Assembly: GCA_046563655.1 (NCBI GenBank)
Contig: CM102290.1
Coordinates: 11,594,001-11,658,000 of the forward strand
Direction: 5' to 3'
DNA from: Yuukianura sp. NJ FZ-2021
Taxonomy: Eukaryota
DNA: 64,000 bases
In this document: piece by piece, positions 13,903-25,533 of the stretch
How positions within the stretch are numbered: position 1 is the stretch's first letter
Layout of the letters: each line of letters begins with the position of its first letter
Position numbers and translations under genes: made by a program
Notes under the pieces: model-generated
The model's database searches: none
What the model was told of the DNA's origin: nothing
The model's input: only the letters and a program-made list of their open reading frames with translations

Positions 13903-14057
13903 GTGGGAGGAAAACCCAATGGTTTGTCCCACGAACAAGTAGAACCAACAGCCTTCGATACCAAAAGCTGAAGCGTAGGAAGAAAAAGATGGAGGCCCAA
14001 AGACGCTGGAATGGAATCGCTGACAGTGTGGGAGGAAAACCCAATGGTTTTTCCCAC
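13903..14057. repeat. Two copies of a 30-nt self-complementary element downstream of the Piwi stop
   Basis: GTGGGAGGAAAACCCAATGGTTT(G/T)TCCCAC at 13903-13932 and 14028-14057, one mismatch between copies. Each folds into a bulged stem-loop. Confidence 0.9.
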
Positions 14058-14381
14058 TGAAGAAAATATTGAAGAAAAGAAACAGGACACAAAAGACCGA
14101 AAATATTTTGATGGAAACTGTTATGATTTACTAACAAATTAACTACGATAGTATGTACAATCTAACAAAAAATACTAAATACTACTCATGGACCTACAGC
14201 TTCATAACGAGCGCACAATTAACTATGTACAGTATACATAAAATACTAGGAAATACTACGGACAAAAGACTGGCTCAGAAGGAGCATACAAGTGTAAAGT
14301 CAGCTAGTAGTAGAAAAAGTAGAAAACTAGAACGTAGAAAATGGCGAGGCAGAAGATGAAGCGTCCGGTAGGTGGCGGAGT

Positions 14382-17300
14382 TCAGAGGAAGTGCAGCAGG
14401 TTCTGGAGAGAGGCGTTCGGTGTTGCTCCCAGTGCGATTCCAACCAAGTAGGCGAGCTTGTGGGCGTATTGACACGGTGCAGGGACTGCTACGGTGCCAG
14501 ACCAGTTGAAGTAGAGGTGGCACATCTTGTACGTCAGTCGCTGGATCTTGTCGGCATCAAGGCTGGACGTGTCGTGGATGATGGTGTAGGAGCAGGGACT
14601 CACGGTGCCTTGACGAGCAGTGGCAGCAACCAGATAGAAGTCGTACCTGCAAAGAAACAGCATCGGATTAGAAAAACTTGTCCAGGATGAGAATCAGTGG
14701 TGAATTCCTGGAAATAATCGAACAGCTTACCTGTATGGCAAGGTGACGACTGTGTCCACAACAGTTCCTGGAGGAGGATTCTCGGTTCGGGCTCCGCCAG
14801 TGAAGAGTCGCGTGTTGATTTTCTTGGTGACGATGATGTAGGTGAACTTGGGCTTTTCCTGTCCAGTGGCAGAGTAGAGCGTAGTCAGCGTAGCGATGAT
14901 TGGCAGAACTTCCTGCATGTTGACTTGGTACATCTGACCCTCGCCCACTCCATCACGAAACATCACGATTCTGTCCGGAAGGCAGTTGTTCACCGCTTGG
15001 TATGCTCGGATGGCTTCTGCAAAATAAAAAAAAGAGTGGAATTTAGAAATATGAAAATCAAAATGAACAACCAGAAAAATTATAAGAATGTTTTAAGAAA
15101 CTTACTTGAGACTCCAACGCTGAGGTTGCAGGAAAGCTCGTCTTGAGTGGAGTGGAAAGTGACATCGCTGAAGTAAGAAGCAAAGTTGTTTGAAGTTGTC
15201 GCCACCAGAGCTCCGACCGATTTGGAATTCCCTCTTCCACCGTGGTAAACATCGAATCCCATGAACATCGTTTTCTGCAACAAGAAAAAAAAATCAGAAT
15301 TAGCAACCAGTCAGTGAAAAAATTATACTGCAAATTAGTCCAGCGGAGTGGTCTCTTACCTTCATTGGAAGCTGGATTGACCAGGGATGACCGCCGAGCT
15401 TCGCGTTGATTTGAATGACAACCTTCGTGCAAATGGACATCACTTGTTTCCCCTGCATGTTCTTGGCCAAAAAGCATTGCGACGGAACTGGAAATAAGAA
15501 AAGAAAACCAGAATTAGTTTTTGGAAAAATATTTTCAACCTTCTACTGTAATATTACCAGGAATTGAAAATGAAAACTTACTTCCAAAGTCAACCGAGAG
15601 TCGGCGTTTGACAATGGCGTAGAGTTGAGGTTTGTTGTTTGGAAGAACGACGAACATCAACTGAAGTTTGCCACCATGCTGACGGAAGACTTTTTCCACC
15701 GTCTGTGTGTAGGTGATGGGCCGCAAGTCGGTGAGCTTGATGATCTCCAGTGGCTGCTTGACGGTCATTCCGAGTGGGGCTGCAACTCTTCCCATCGTCT
15801 TGACGACGTTGTCAGCATCTCCGAAGTTCATTTGAGGAACGATCATCACCCAGCGTTCGAGGTGGACAGCAGACAGCATCTGACGCTTCCGGAAGGCCAT
15901 GGACCAGTCTTCTTTGTCATCAGGATTCTCGGGGCGATCTCCAGCGAAGATGATTCCTTCTCTTGGCAGCACACGGCCCTTCAAAGTGGTCAGAGTGGTG
16001 GCAAAGTCCATTTCCCAGTTGTCCAGCACGACTCGATTCTGCAAAGAACAAAAAGAAAACACAAATTAATTTCCCAAGTCTTGAACCCAAGGTAGAAAAT
16101 TAAACTAAAAAATGATAGCTGGATGCTTACCTCTGGATTGGTGGTGAGTCGTTTGATGAACTGCGTCAATGTGCTCACTCTCTCGGCCGCTCCTGCATGA
16201 AGATGTTTGCCCAAGTCCTTCATCAGCGTAAAGTTGGCTCGCATGGCATCGGTGAGTCCAGTCATCTGACAAGTCTCCGGAAGCAAGTGGATGGTCGTCG
16301 GGCTGTCGAAGTTTCCTCGGTGGAAATCCTTGTTGCGTGGCTCCACGACGAGAAGTGGTTGATCCATGTCCTTGATGGTCACCGAGTGACGTGCTTGGTA
16401 GAAGTCGGCGTACGTCGTCTGGACTCCTTTGTGGTCGAACGTTGACTTTGGGCTGAGGTCCCAAGCGATGTCCGTGATCTTGTACGTCTTCTTGTTGTAG
16501 CTGGTCATCACGATGGCGTTGAGCAGCTCGTCCGTTGCTGTAGCTCGAAAGTCCCGGGAGTTCTTCCAGCCGTTGATCTGCGACAGGACGTTGTCCAGAC
16601 GAAGGACCTTGTGAGTGACTTCAGCGCAGAGCAGCGTCTCCTTCTCGTGTCTTCGGATTGACGTGGCGAATCCAGGCCACAACTCCAGACGATGACTCGG
16701 GATCTTGACGGCAGCTCCGCTGTCGAAGAAGTTTCTGCCCATCAGCTCGAACTTGAGTCCGTAGAGACATTTCCGCAAGACGAGGTTGAAGAAGGAGAGG
16801 TACATCGTGTCTTCGGGCAGCAGTGTTCCAGCCAGTCGAATTCGAATCTGCACTGGACTGTCGTCTTCCTTCCGTAGAGTCACCAGCTCCAGATCTCCAT
16901 GTTGACAAAGCTCCCGCTGAGAGTAGAGCGCAGTTCCATCGAAGATGTAGCTCCCGAGTGTCTCCGCGTGGCGTGCGATGAAGGCCTTGGCATGACGAAC
17001 GTTGTCTTCGTGTGGAGTCATCTCGACAGAGTACTGGTAGAGGGCCCAGGTTGGCCGCTTGACAACCGTGAAGTAGTTGGCCAGAAGCTGGATGGCAGTT
17101 CCTGAAGTTCCTTCCTTGCCCAGCATCTGCGGTGGCTTGAGGTCTTCTTCTGGCTGCATGACGTAGCGGTGTCCTCCTCGAAGAGTTCCTCGGCGTCCGA
17201 TTGGTCGACTAGGCGATGTGTCCTTGCCCTCAAACCGAAGTTGGGACTGCAGCTCATCTCCCAGCATGAGTCCTCGCATTTTGTCCAAGAAGGAGGTGGA

Positions 17301-17465
17301 TGCTTCTGGGCTGGTGGGGCTGTCCAGTCCTCCAGGAAGTCCTTCGGGGTCATCCTTCGAGCGTCCAATCATGCGTCGTCCTCTTCCTCGTGCCCTCATC
17401 GGTAGCTTCGGAGATCCAACCTTCCCTCCGCGGTACTCCGACGAGAAGGTCTCCTGTTCATCCAT
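14382..17465 (-). CDS. Piwi-clade Argonaute (Piwi/Aubergine-like), about 879 aa, 6 exons
   Basis: Exons 17465-16131, 16038-15582, 15487-15360, 15274-15106, 15016-14731 and 14646-14382 total 2640 nt in frame. Kozak GCAGCCATGG; N-terminal RARGRGR; GTSGTAIQLLANYF; LELWPGFATSIR; PAZ (MTSYNKKTYKITDIAWDLSPKSTF); PIWI domain (MFMGFDVYH, MFRDGVGEGQ, KKINTRLF, NPPPGTVVD, PAPCQYAHKLA). Confidence 0.96.
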
Positions 17466-17713
17466 GGCTGCAGTCGGTGGTTGGAGTCTCCGCTGTGTGT
17501 TGAAGGTGGGGCTGTCTTCTTGTGGTCGAAGTCTCCGCTGTGGTCTTCGTCCTCTGCTGGAGTCGAGTGGAGTTTGGCAGAGTCTTCTTCGTCGGCTGTA
17601 GTAAGTGGTGGTGTCTCCGCTGTGTGGTGGGTCTCCGGTGGGGCCTTCCTTCCTTCGGTGGGTCGGTTGGAGAGAGTCTTCCTGGAGCTCCTTCTTCCTC
17701 GAGGTCTGGCGAT

Positions 17714-17794
17714 GGAATGAAGTCTTCTCCTGGTTTCACCAAGAATGAAACCTCGGTTCCTTTGTTCTTCTTTGTTCTGCTCTCGACCAATCAG
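17714..17794 (-). promoter_or_regulatory. Putative Piwi core promoter (Inr-like TCATTC twice, plus CCAAT box)
   Basis: TCATTC on the minus strand at about 17743-17748 and 17715-17720 matches the insect Inr consensus TCAKTY. CCAATCAG at 17787-17794. No ATG seen on the minus strand between these sites and the start at 17465. Confidence 0.35.
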
Positions 17795-17907
17795 AGCAAA
17801 GGAATTTCCCCTTTCCTTTGTTCGCAGGGGCAGGTAGATGGACTTTGCCCTCCACGCATTCCTTTCGTGATCCCCAAGGTGAATTCAATGTCAAACGACC
17901 CTAGTTT

Positions 17908-18200
17908 CCCCCAGCAACCGAATTTGACGGTCACTTGAAGGTCAAAGGACGCTGGCGGCCCCTAGCAACCGAATTTGACGGTCATTTGAAGGTCAAAGGA
18001 CGCTGGCGTCCCCAGCAACCGAATTTGACGGTTATTTCAAGGTCAATCGACCTCTGGAAGCCCCTAGCAACTAGTTTGAAGGTTGTTGCAAGGTCAACCG
18101 TCCAAACGTCGTTAGCAACAGAGTTTGAGGTCATCTCAAGGTCAGCTGAAGCCTCGTCACCCCCTAACGACTGGATTTGGCAGTAATTTCAAGCTCAGTA
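17908..18200. repeat. Tandem array of about six degenerate 48-52 bp units upstream of Piwi
   Basis: Unit marker AGCAAC at 17913, 17964, 18014, 18066 and 18114, with a degenerate sixth at 18166. Consensus approx. CCC(T)AGCAACCGAATTTGACGGTCANTTGAAGGTCAAAGGACGCTGGCG. Confidence 0.9.
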
Positions 18201-19251
18201 GGCTAAAATATAATATATTATATTAGTATAATTATAATTAAATATATAATAAAATTAATCACTTTCCATTATAATTTGACTTGACTTGACTTTGACAAGT
18301 TATTTTTTTTTGTTCTCGAAAAGGCGCAAATTCTAACCTTTCTGTGAGAAAAATTTAAAATCAAAAACAAAACAAAAGTAAAATCAAATCTGTGAAGCCG
18401 TCAAAACTCAAAAGGTGAAAGGTTACTTCACTAAATTGGAGTTGCAAATAAATGTAAGTTGAAGTTGCAATTGAATATCATCGTCAATTAACTTTTAATT
18501 AATTACGGTTAATTGATACTGATCTGTTCTAGATGTATAATTCTAAACGAACCAGAGGTGTAATTCAATGCCATTGATGTGTAGCAGTGGAGGTAAGCAA
18601 TAATAATTATTGCTGATTTGTTGTGTTAGTTAGTAGTAAAAGATTGTTAACAAAATGAGTTCATAGTTAGCTAAATGACGTGTCGATTAGGGTTAATGAC
18701 TTTTAGCCGACTTATACGAGCAAAGATCAGGGTAATGACCGGTTTATGATAGTATGTGGTTGGGTAAAATTAACTTTCTGGACTGCGACTGGTTTGTTTG
18801 AGTCTCTGACCTGTGATTACTCAACTAATTATGTCTTTGTTTTGATTTTTAGAGACTTGGCCGACGTGGGAGTGCTACAAACCAGAAGGAATTTGCAGCA
18901 GTTAACAAATTACTACCATGTAAAATGTAGAAGCTCTCGGGTGGCACGATTAAGACAGTTTAATGTTCAATTGTCAAACTATTGACAAGTAATTGATTCC
19001 TCAAGAAGACAAGATAAGCCGTTAGAAGATATTGGAGCTGCTCACTCGTAGTCGTAAAACCATTTTATTGTGCTTGGGGAAAGGCGGGTGTATTGTTGAG
19101 TAAGGCATTGTCACTTTTATTGCATATCAATTTCATGCTAAATTGCTGTAGTTGAATCAAGTTGAGTCATCTAACTCCTGTCTAAAGAATGATACTAATT
19201 TTATTGTCTAAATTTTTAGGGCCAAGGAGTGATTACTGACATCTTTTCATT

Positions 19252-22200
19252 ATGACTGAACAAACAGACCAAATGGAGATACGTCAGTTAACACTACCAG
19301 GGAAAGCGTTCCCGATTTTGCAGCAGTTGAGACAGGACAATTACTTTTGTGATGTTAAGTTGATCGTAAGTTTGTAAATTACTTGTGATTTGTTTATATT
19401 TTCCTTATCTTTTGTTTATTTGAAATTAATGGACACTTTTAGTTCAGTTGGGTTTATTCAGCAGACAATGCCGACGGAGAGGCACTCCGTTATGATTGTT
19501 GTAACAGTTGCGATTGTCTTTTAGTCAGTTAAGTTTAAATTCAAATGACAACTGAGTTTGTTTTAATGTTTTTAGGTTGGAGATTTGTGTATTCGAGCTC
19601 ATCGGATCGTTTTGGCAGCTACTATTCCATACTTTTATTCAATGTTTACACTGGAGATGAAAGAAGCGACATTACAAGAGATACCGATGAATGAAGTTGA
19701 TAGCGAGTACGTTCTGTCTAGACTGTGGCTGGCAGATTTCAATTAATTGGCAATTGCAATTTTTGATTACTTATATTTCACAGGGCACTAGAACTGATTA
19801 TTGATTTTGCCTATTCCGGAAGTATAATCGTGAACACCGAAAATGTACAGCGAATTATGCTGGTTGCATCCATGTTGCAAGTCAATAGCATTCGAGATGG
19901 ATGTGCAGAATTTCTTAAGAAAAGGTTTGGAAATTGCAATTTTCAATTCATGAAAGCTAAAACTGATGATGGAGTTTTTAATTTTCAGAGTTTGTTCAGA
20001 CAATGTGATTGGTATTCGTAACTTTGTGGAGGCTCTCAATTGTCCTTCATTAGTGACTTACACTGACAAGTTTATCGAGAAGAACTTCCATCAGGTTGCT
20101 CAATGTGACGAGTTTTTACAAATTGGACTATTCGACCTTGTCAACTTATTGTCAAAAGACGAACTCCAAGTTCAGTCAGAGGAGGATGTAAGATCAATTT
20201 TTTTCTGGAGTTCCAATTATGTTGCTGTTTTTAAAAATTATGTTATTATTCATTCTGAGTCAGGTATACAAAGCCATGGTTCGTTGGATCAAGAAAGACA
20301 TGGAGCTTCGTTCTGTCGACCTTCCAATACTTTTGAAGTCCATTCGTTTACCACTTGTCACTCCAGAATTCCTTGCAGACGTCGTCGCTGTAGAACCACT
20401 AATTCGCAGTTCCTTTGAATGTCGGTAAGCAACCTGTTACATCCTTATTTCTGTTTTTTTATTGTTTGAATTTCTGTTTGATTAGGCTTTGTTGTGTTTG
20501 TTAAAAAAGTTAACTATAATAATGCTTTTTGTTTTTCCTTGCAGAGATTTGTTGGACGAAGTGCGAAACTTCTTTCTCATTCCAGAACGGCGTCACTTGT
20601 TTACAACGTTCAAATCAAAGCCAAGAGGCGGTGACGAGCTGGGTTATATCGTTGTCGTAGGAAGTATCACGAGGCCAGGCGTTGTGAGTTGCGCTCATCA
20701 TGACTCCTTGTACTGCACATGTATAACTTGTAAGTTCAGTGTTCAACTTCCGTTTTATTCACTGCTGAGTGCTAAACACGACTTACTGAATGTTTTTTGA
20801 AGGTGATTCCATCAGTACTGTTGAAGTATTTGATCCTATTCAGCAGAAATGGACAATCAATGAGTCAATGAAGATGTTGCGCAGTCGTGTTGGAGGTACG
20901 CTGCATGATAGACACATATTTCTTCGTTAACCTTAATACATGAGTTGGTCGTGCGACAAAATAATTGATGTTGCGTCTTTTACAAGTTTGCTTCGTCAGG
21001 AACCGCTTATATGCAGTGGGTTAGTTTCAAACTTTTTTCTCAAAGAGAAAAGAGAAATTTTTTTCAATTCTTGATTTCTGATTTTAAACTTTGATTTTTT
21101 TTCTTTGTCCAGGAGGATTCAATGGCGTTGTACGTCTGAGTAATCTTGAGGCATTTGATCCCATCGTCAAAGTTTGGACCAAGTGCAAGGCAATGTCGTT
21201 CTCTAGAAGGTTCGTTACAGTAATTTGCTTTACACCAACAAATTAACAATGAAATTAATTCTTTGATTCAATTTGTTTTAGCGCTGTTGGGTGCTGTTCG
21301 CTTTATAACAAGTTGTACGTTTGTGGAGGTAAGGCTAAGGACGCTCAAACTTTAAAGCCAACACATCGATTACTAATCGTATCGATTACTTTAAAGTATT
21401 TTTCTGGTAGGATATGATGGAGCGTCGTCTTTGAATCAAGTCGAATCCTACAATGCAGATACAGATGAGTGGAAAAGTGTCACATCAATGTTGAAGCATC
21501 GTAGTGCGGCTGGTGTAGTGTCATTAGATGGACACATTTACTGCATGGGCGGGTGAGTATCAGTTCTAGATCGATCCAGAAGTATTTTAAGTACATCAAA
21601 CTGCTGTTTATGAAATGTTTTCTTTTTAGGCATGACGGACTCTCAATATTTAATTCCGTAAGAAACCATTTCCTATGCCCCGACTAACTAAAAAAACATT
21701 GTTCTAATTGGCTGGTCTTTCAATGTACTATGCAGGTTGAAAAGTATGATCCGTATGAAGGGATATGGACATTTGTAGCTCCAATGAAAACGAATCGATG
21801 TCGCCTTGGAGCAGCCGCACTCAATGGAAAGATCTACGCATGTGGAGGTAACATAACTTAAATAGTGCTTAAATGCTGTTCAGTTTCAGCTTTCGCACTT
21901 TGTTTTTTGTTTTAAGGTTACAATGGATCGCAGTTCTTGGCTACAATGGAAGTCTACGATCCACTTAGAAACGAATGGAGTGATCTGGCCTCTATGAACC
22001 AAATGCGGAGCCGCGTTGTTCTCGTGAGCAACGGTGGAAAACTGTATGCAATTGGTAAGAAATTGTCTGCGATTGATTCATGAATTGATCTTTTATTGAT
22101 CTTTTGCATGTTCTAGGAGGATACGATGGAGTGAGTAACCTGTCTACAGTGGAAGTGTACAACACAGTGACGGACACTTGGACTCTAAATCCGTCCATGT

Positions 22201-22268
22201 TCCATCAAGGTGGAGTTGCCGCTGCTGTAATGCCTATGGAAACACTAGTTCCCGCCATGACGGATTGA
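19252..22268 (+). CDS. KLHL18: Kelch-like protein (BTB-BACK-Kelch), closest to KLHL18
   Basis: BTB (YFCDVKLIV...IRAHRIVLAATIPYFYSMFT), BACK (LLSKDELQVQSEEDVYKAMVRWIK, IRLPLVTPEFL, CRDLLDE) and six kelch repeats (RSRVGV, GGFNG, GGYDG, HRSAAGV, GGHDGLSIFNSVEKYDP, RCRLG, RSRV...GGYDGVSNLSTVEVY). Stop TGA at 22266-22268. Confidence 0.88.
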
Positions 22269-22917
22269 TTGGACTTAACTGTTAAAAGTACAACTTATGT
22301 GACAAAACCTAACTCTCTCTGATTGAGGGATCATAAGGACACTGGAGTTACACAAAGTCATTCCACTGCATGTTTCCTCTTATATGTACTATGTATTATC
22401 AACGTTATAAGACTCAAGATGGACTCAGTCAATTAATCAATTAAGTAATCATAGATTTAGCTCTACTTTCGTTAAAAATTTTCAACCTTAGAACGGGGGT
22501 TTGTCAAACTGGATATCACAAATTTACGAGACTAAAATTGAAAAGAGAAGACGATGGAACTGTTTTGGAGTGGAGGTGTACCATTCCGACTCAAATACGA
22601 TTCTTTGCATATTCCGTTTTTATAACTTACTTATCATTGTTAACTGTTAGTTTTTGATTTCTGTACACTCCAACGTATTCAATCAGAGCCAAAGGCCTTA
22701 TGTTGTACAGAGCTTCTCTTTGAAACAATTTAATGTAAGAACTGTTGGAGTCCAGAGGTAAGGAAAACCATTCAGAAATAAATATTATTACTTATTGTTA
22801 GTTAAATTGTTTTCACTTACGGCTGTTTCTTACATTAGTACAACTCTCGTTCGTAACTCGTACGTGGACCAACAATTTGATTGAATTTGATAACATAGGC
22901 TTATTCGTGGTAGGAAA

Positions 22918-23990
22918 TTAGACTTGCTGACTGAAAGCATTTGTGGGACTACTGGCGTCGGATCTTCCCATTGTTGGAATGGCACTTGCTGTGCGAAATA
23001 TGAGCGAAGTGATCTAGAATGAGACACAACACAAGTTAGCTAGTGGAATTAATTTATTACAATAACTAACTAATGATTCGAATCATTAAATGTAAGTGAG
23101 ATGGCAATTTTACCCCTGTTCCCAAAACGGAACTGGCATCTGCGATTCCCGGTTGATGTCCAAGTTTACAGCGGATGTAGCCGTATAGATTTGCACCATT
23201 CAACAGCATTGCCAAAATTACGAGTACCTACATAACAATTAATCCAATTCATTGTACTTGTTACTTTTAGCTTACAATTAGTGGAGTTTCTAAGAGTGAT
23301 TATTAGCGTCTTATACAAAAGATGCAATGTAACTTACCAAATATCTGAAACCAAATGTGAAGAATGTCGTGAAGAATAGAAATACCCAGACGAGTGGGGC
23401 AACAATGAGGGCTGTCCAAAAGACTCTGCGTTCTGGTGGCCTACCACCCGCTCGTGATCCTTTACGGCCCTCAAAGATCCAATGACTCTGTCCATTGTCA
23501 TCCACAAAATTAGTCCACCGAAGTCCCACCAACTTCCTCCCTGTGATATTTTTGACTGTCCAGAAATCCAGAGCTAGGAGAACCAGGACTGTAGAAAAGC
23601 TTGAGATAAAGCCTCCTCCGAATGGCGTGAATGCACACAAAATGTAAACGACGATAGCTGCGGCTCGAAAAGCAACATGGAAGAAGGCCACGACCGGTTG
23701 CCTGTAATTTTAAAATTTACGTTGTACTAACAAAACCTCACACAACGAAAGTGCACACAATAATGTGGTTAAGCCAATTTTAGAGTAACGATGAAAATCA
23801 TACCTAAGACGGAGCTTTGCTTCTGGTCCTTCTTCTCCGAAACCGAGACCTTCGTCTTCATCGTCCGTGTTCATGAGAAGTGCTTGACTCTACAGCAAAA
23901 TCAATTGAACTGTTCAATGATTTATGAAATATACGGCCAGATTACCAAATATTATGCAATTTACGTTGTAGTTACCTGGCTGTCCGCCAT
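22918..23990 (-). CDS. TVP23: Golgi apparatus membrane protein TVP23 (FAM18)
   Basis: PVVAFFHVAFR...LALDFWTVKNITGRKLVGLRWTNFVDDNGQSHWIFE...FWTALIVAP...NGANLYGYIRC. ATG at 23990. Last exon predicted to end at TAA 22918-22920. Confidence 0.9.
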
Positions 23991-24442
23991 TGTCCGTTAT
24001 AAAATCAACTTCGCAGTTGCTTTACGACGACACTTTTCCGTAAATTGCACTCGCTACTCGTTTTCTAACGAACTTGCTAACTTCGACTATTGAGCGTAGC
24101 AGGAACAGCAAGCAGTAGTCTGATGACTAGACAAATTACAGAATAGCTCTCGGTTCCACTATGATGACAGTAACTGTTAATTGATACTTTTGATCTCGTT
24201 TGACCTCTGACCTCGTCCACTCGTGACCAGATAATTGATCCTGACCCGAAACAATACACCACAAGAACAGATGTGCTGTCAAATAGAAACAAACTTAAAT
24301 GACGAATGACAACATCAAAAAGACTTGAGAATTTCAAACTCAAATTCCAGAATTTTCCCGCCAAAGCTTTCTGGAGGCCTTTACATCTTGTGGGGTTTCT
24401 TTTTGGGATATCAAACCTTAGTAAAAAAAACGAATCCGAGTC

Positions 24443-25533
24443 ATGGAATGCCCGAGGTTAATGACCTCTAGACCAGTATATGCCCTAGAATTTTAATAGA
24501 TGAATTCTAGAATCTATCTACCACGAAGTAGTCTAAAAATTCGATTGGTGGACGTAGAAGTGGAAGAAGGACTTGGTAGTGGCGATACGGAAGCGTCTTC
24601 CAACCATTCCGCCAATTTTTAAATTCAAGCGGCAGTCTCGTGGTCGACATCACATCGACATTCACATCATCAGCACATCTTCTCTCGTTTTCTCGTTGAC
24701 CAAGGAAACGCAGATACTGATAGATCATCCAGCGACGTTAAGAGGTCAGAGGTTAGTTTTCTCCGGTAAACAAATTAACTAAGTCAACTACGATCGTTCG
24801 GCTGAACTGCCTGAAAGTTCTTCTTGCTTCACAAATTACATCAAACGATCATAGTTATCAAGCATTATGTGCCCGAGAGCGGAAGGTCACTTCTTCCATT
24901 ATAAGCAACTGAAATCCCGAGGTAAGTTTAATTTCTTTAAACTGCAAAACCATATTGAGTGTTAACTTAGACTGGATCTGTTTGAACGTTGACGTACGGC
25001 AGTGGAAGGTTAAAACGGCATCGTAGTGTGGAATTATTGCTCGGAATTACGTATTTTTTAGGGGAATCATGATGAATCCATGGTTCCTGGTGGTGCTCAA
25101 CTTAATTTTAAAAAATTTATTTGAAGGATGGGCATGGCAGCACGAACTTCCAGTAGAACTCCAAGTGCAGACTCCTTTAGTTCCCGGTACGGAAGATCGC
25201 ATCCCTACGTTCCAGCTTCGAATGATTCAAATATACGTGCAACGGCTACGTGAATCATTGGCACGTCTGAACGGGATGCTTGCAGGATTGTACGAAGTCA
25301 TTCAACTGGACGAGGTAAGTTCTGTAGTGATTGGCGCGATAATTAATTTATTCATAGTGATTCTAGTTATATATAGAAGTTTGGAAGATTTCGGTGACAT
25401 AACGTTTAAATTTAATTTAAGAGTAGCTTATAATAGCCTAGCCGGCATCCCGGTATTCGTTCAAATCATCGGTAAGATTGCCCTCGACGCTAAAGTACAC
25501 CAGGTTCCACCTCGTCCTAAGTACAGAATATGA
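24443..25533 (+). CDS. Possible uncharacterised multi-exon gene
   Basis: Open segments bounded by AG/GT (24855-24921, 24971-25008, about 25128-25314) can be joined in frame with an ATG at 24443. No recognisable domain. One required intron is only about 38 nt, so the model is tentative. Confidence 0.35.

Noticed and set aside
17458..17790. 110-aa minus-strand ORF upstream of Piwi as a frameshifted N-terminal extension
   Set aside because: It starts at a non-ATG codon, is out of frame with Piwi, and the ATG at 17465 has an excellent Kozak context; better explained as 5' leader.
15625..17938. Numerous overlapping + strand and off-frame ORFs across the Piwi gene
   Set aside because: Shadow ORFs expected from GC-rich, stop-poor coding sequence; no recognisable products.
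17935..18186. 83-aa ORF with repeated KVKGRWRP
   Set aside because: Translation of the ~50-bp tandem array; unit lengths vary and do not preserve frame.
13903..18200. CRISPR-like reading of the hairpin repeats and 50-bp array next to an Argonaute
   Set aside because: Eukaryotic spliced context, no cas genes, only two hairpin copies, and the 50-bp units are tandem without unique spacers.
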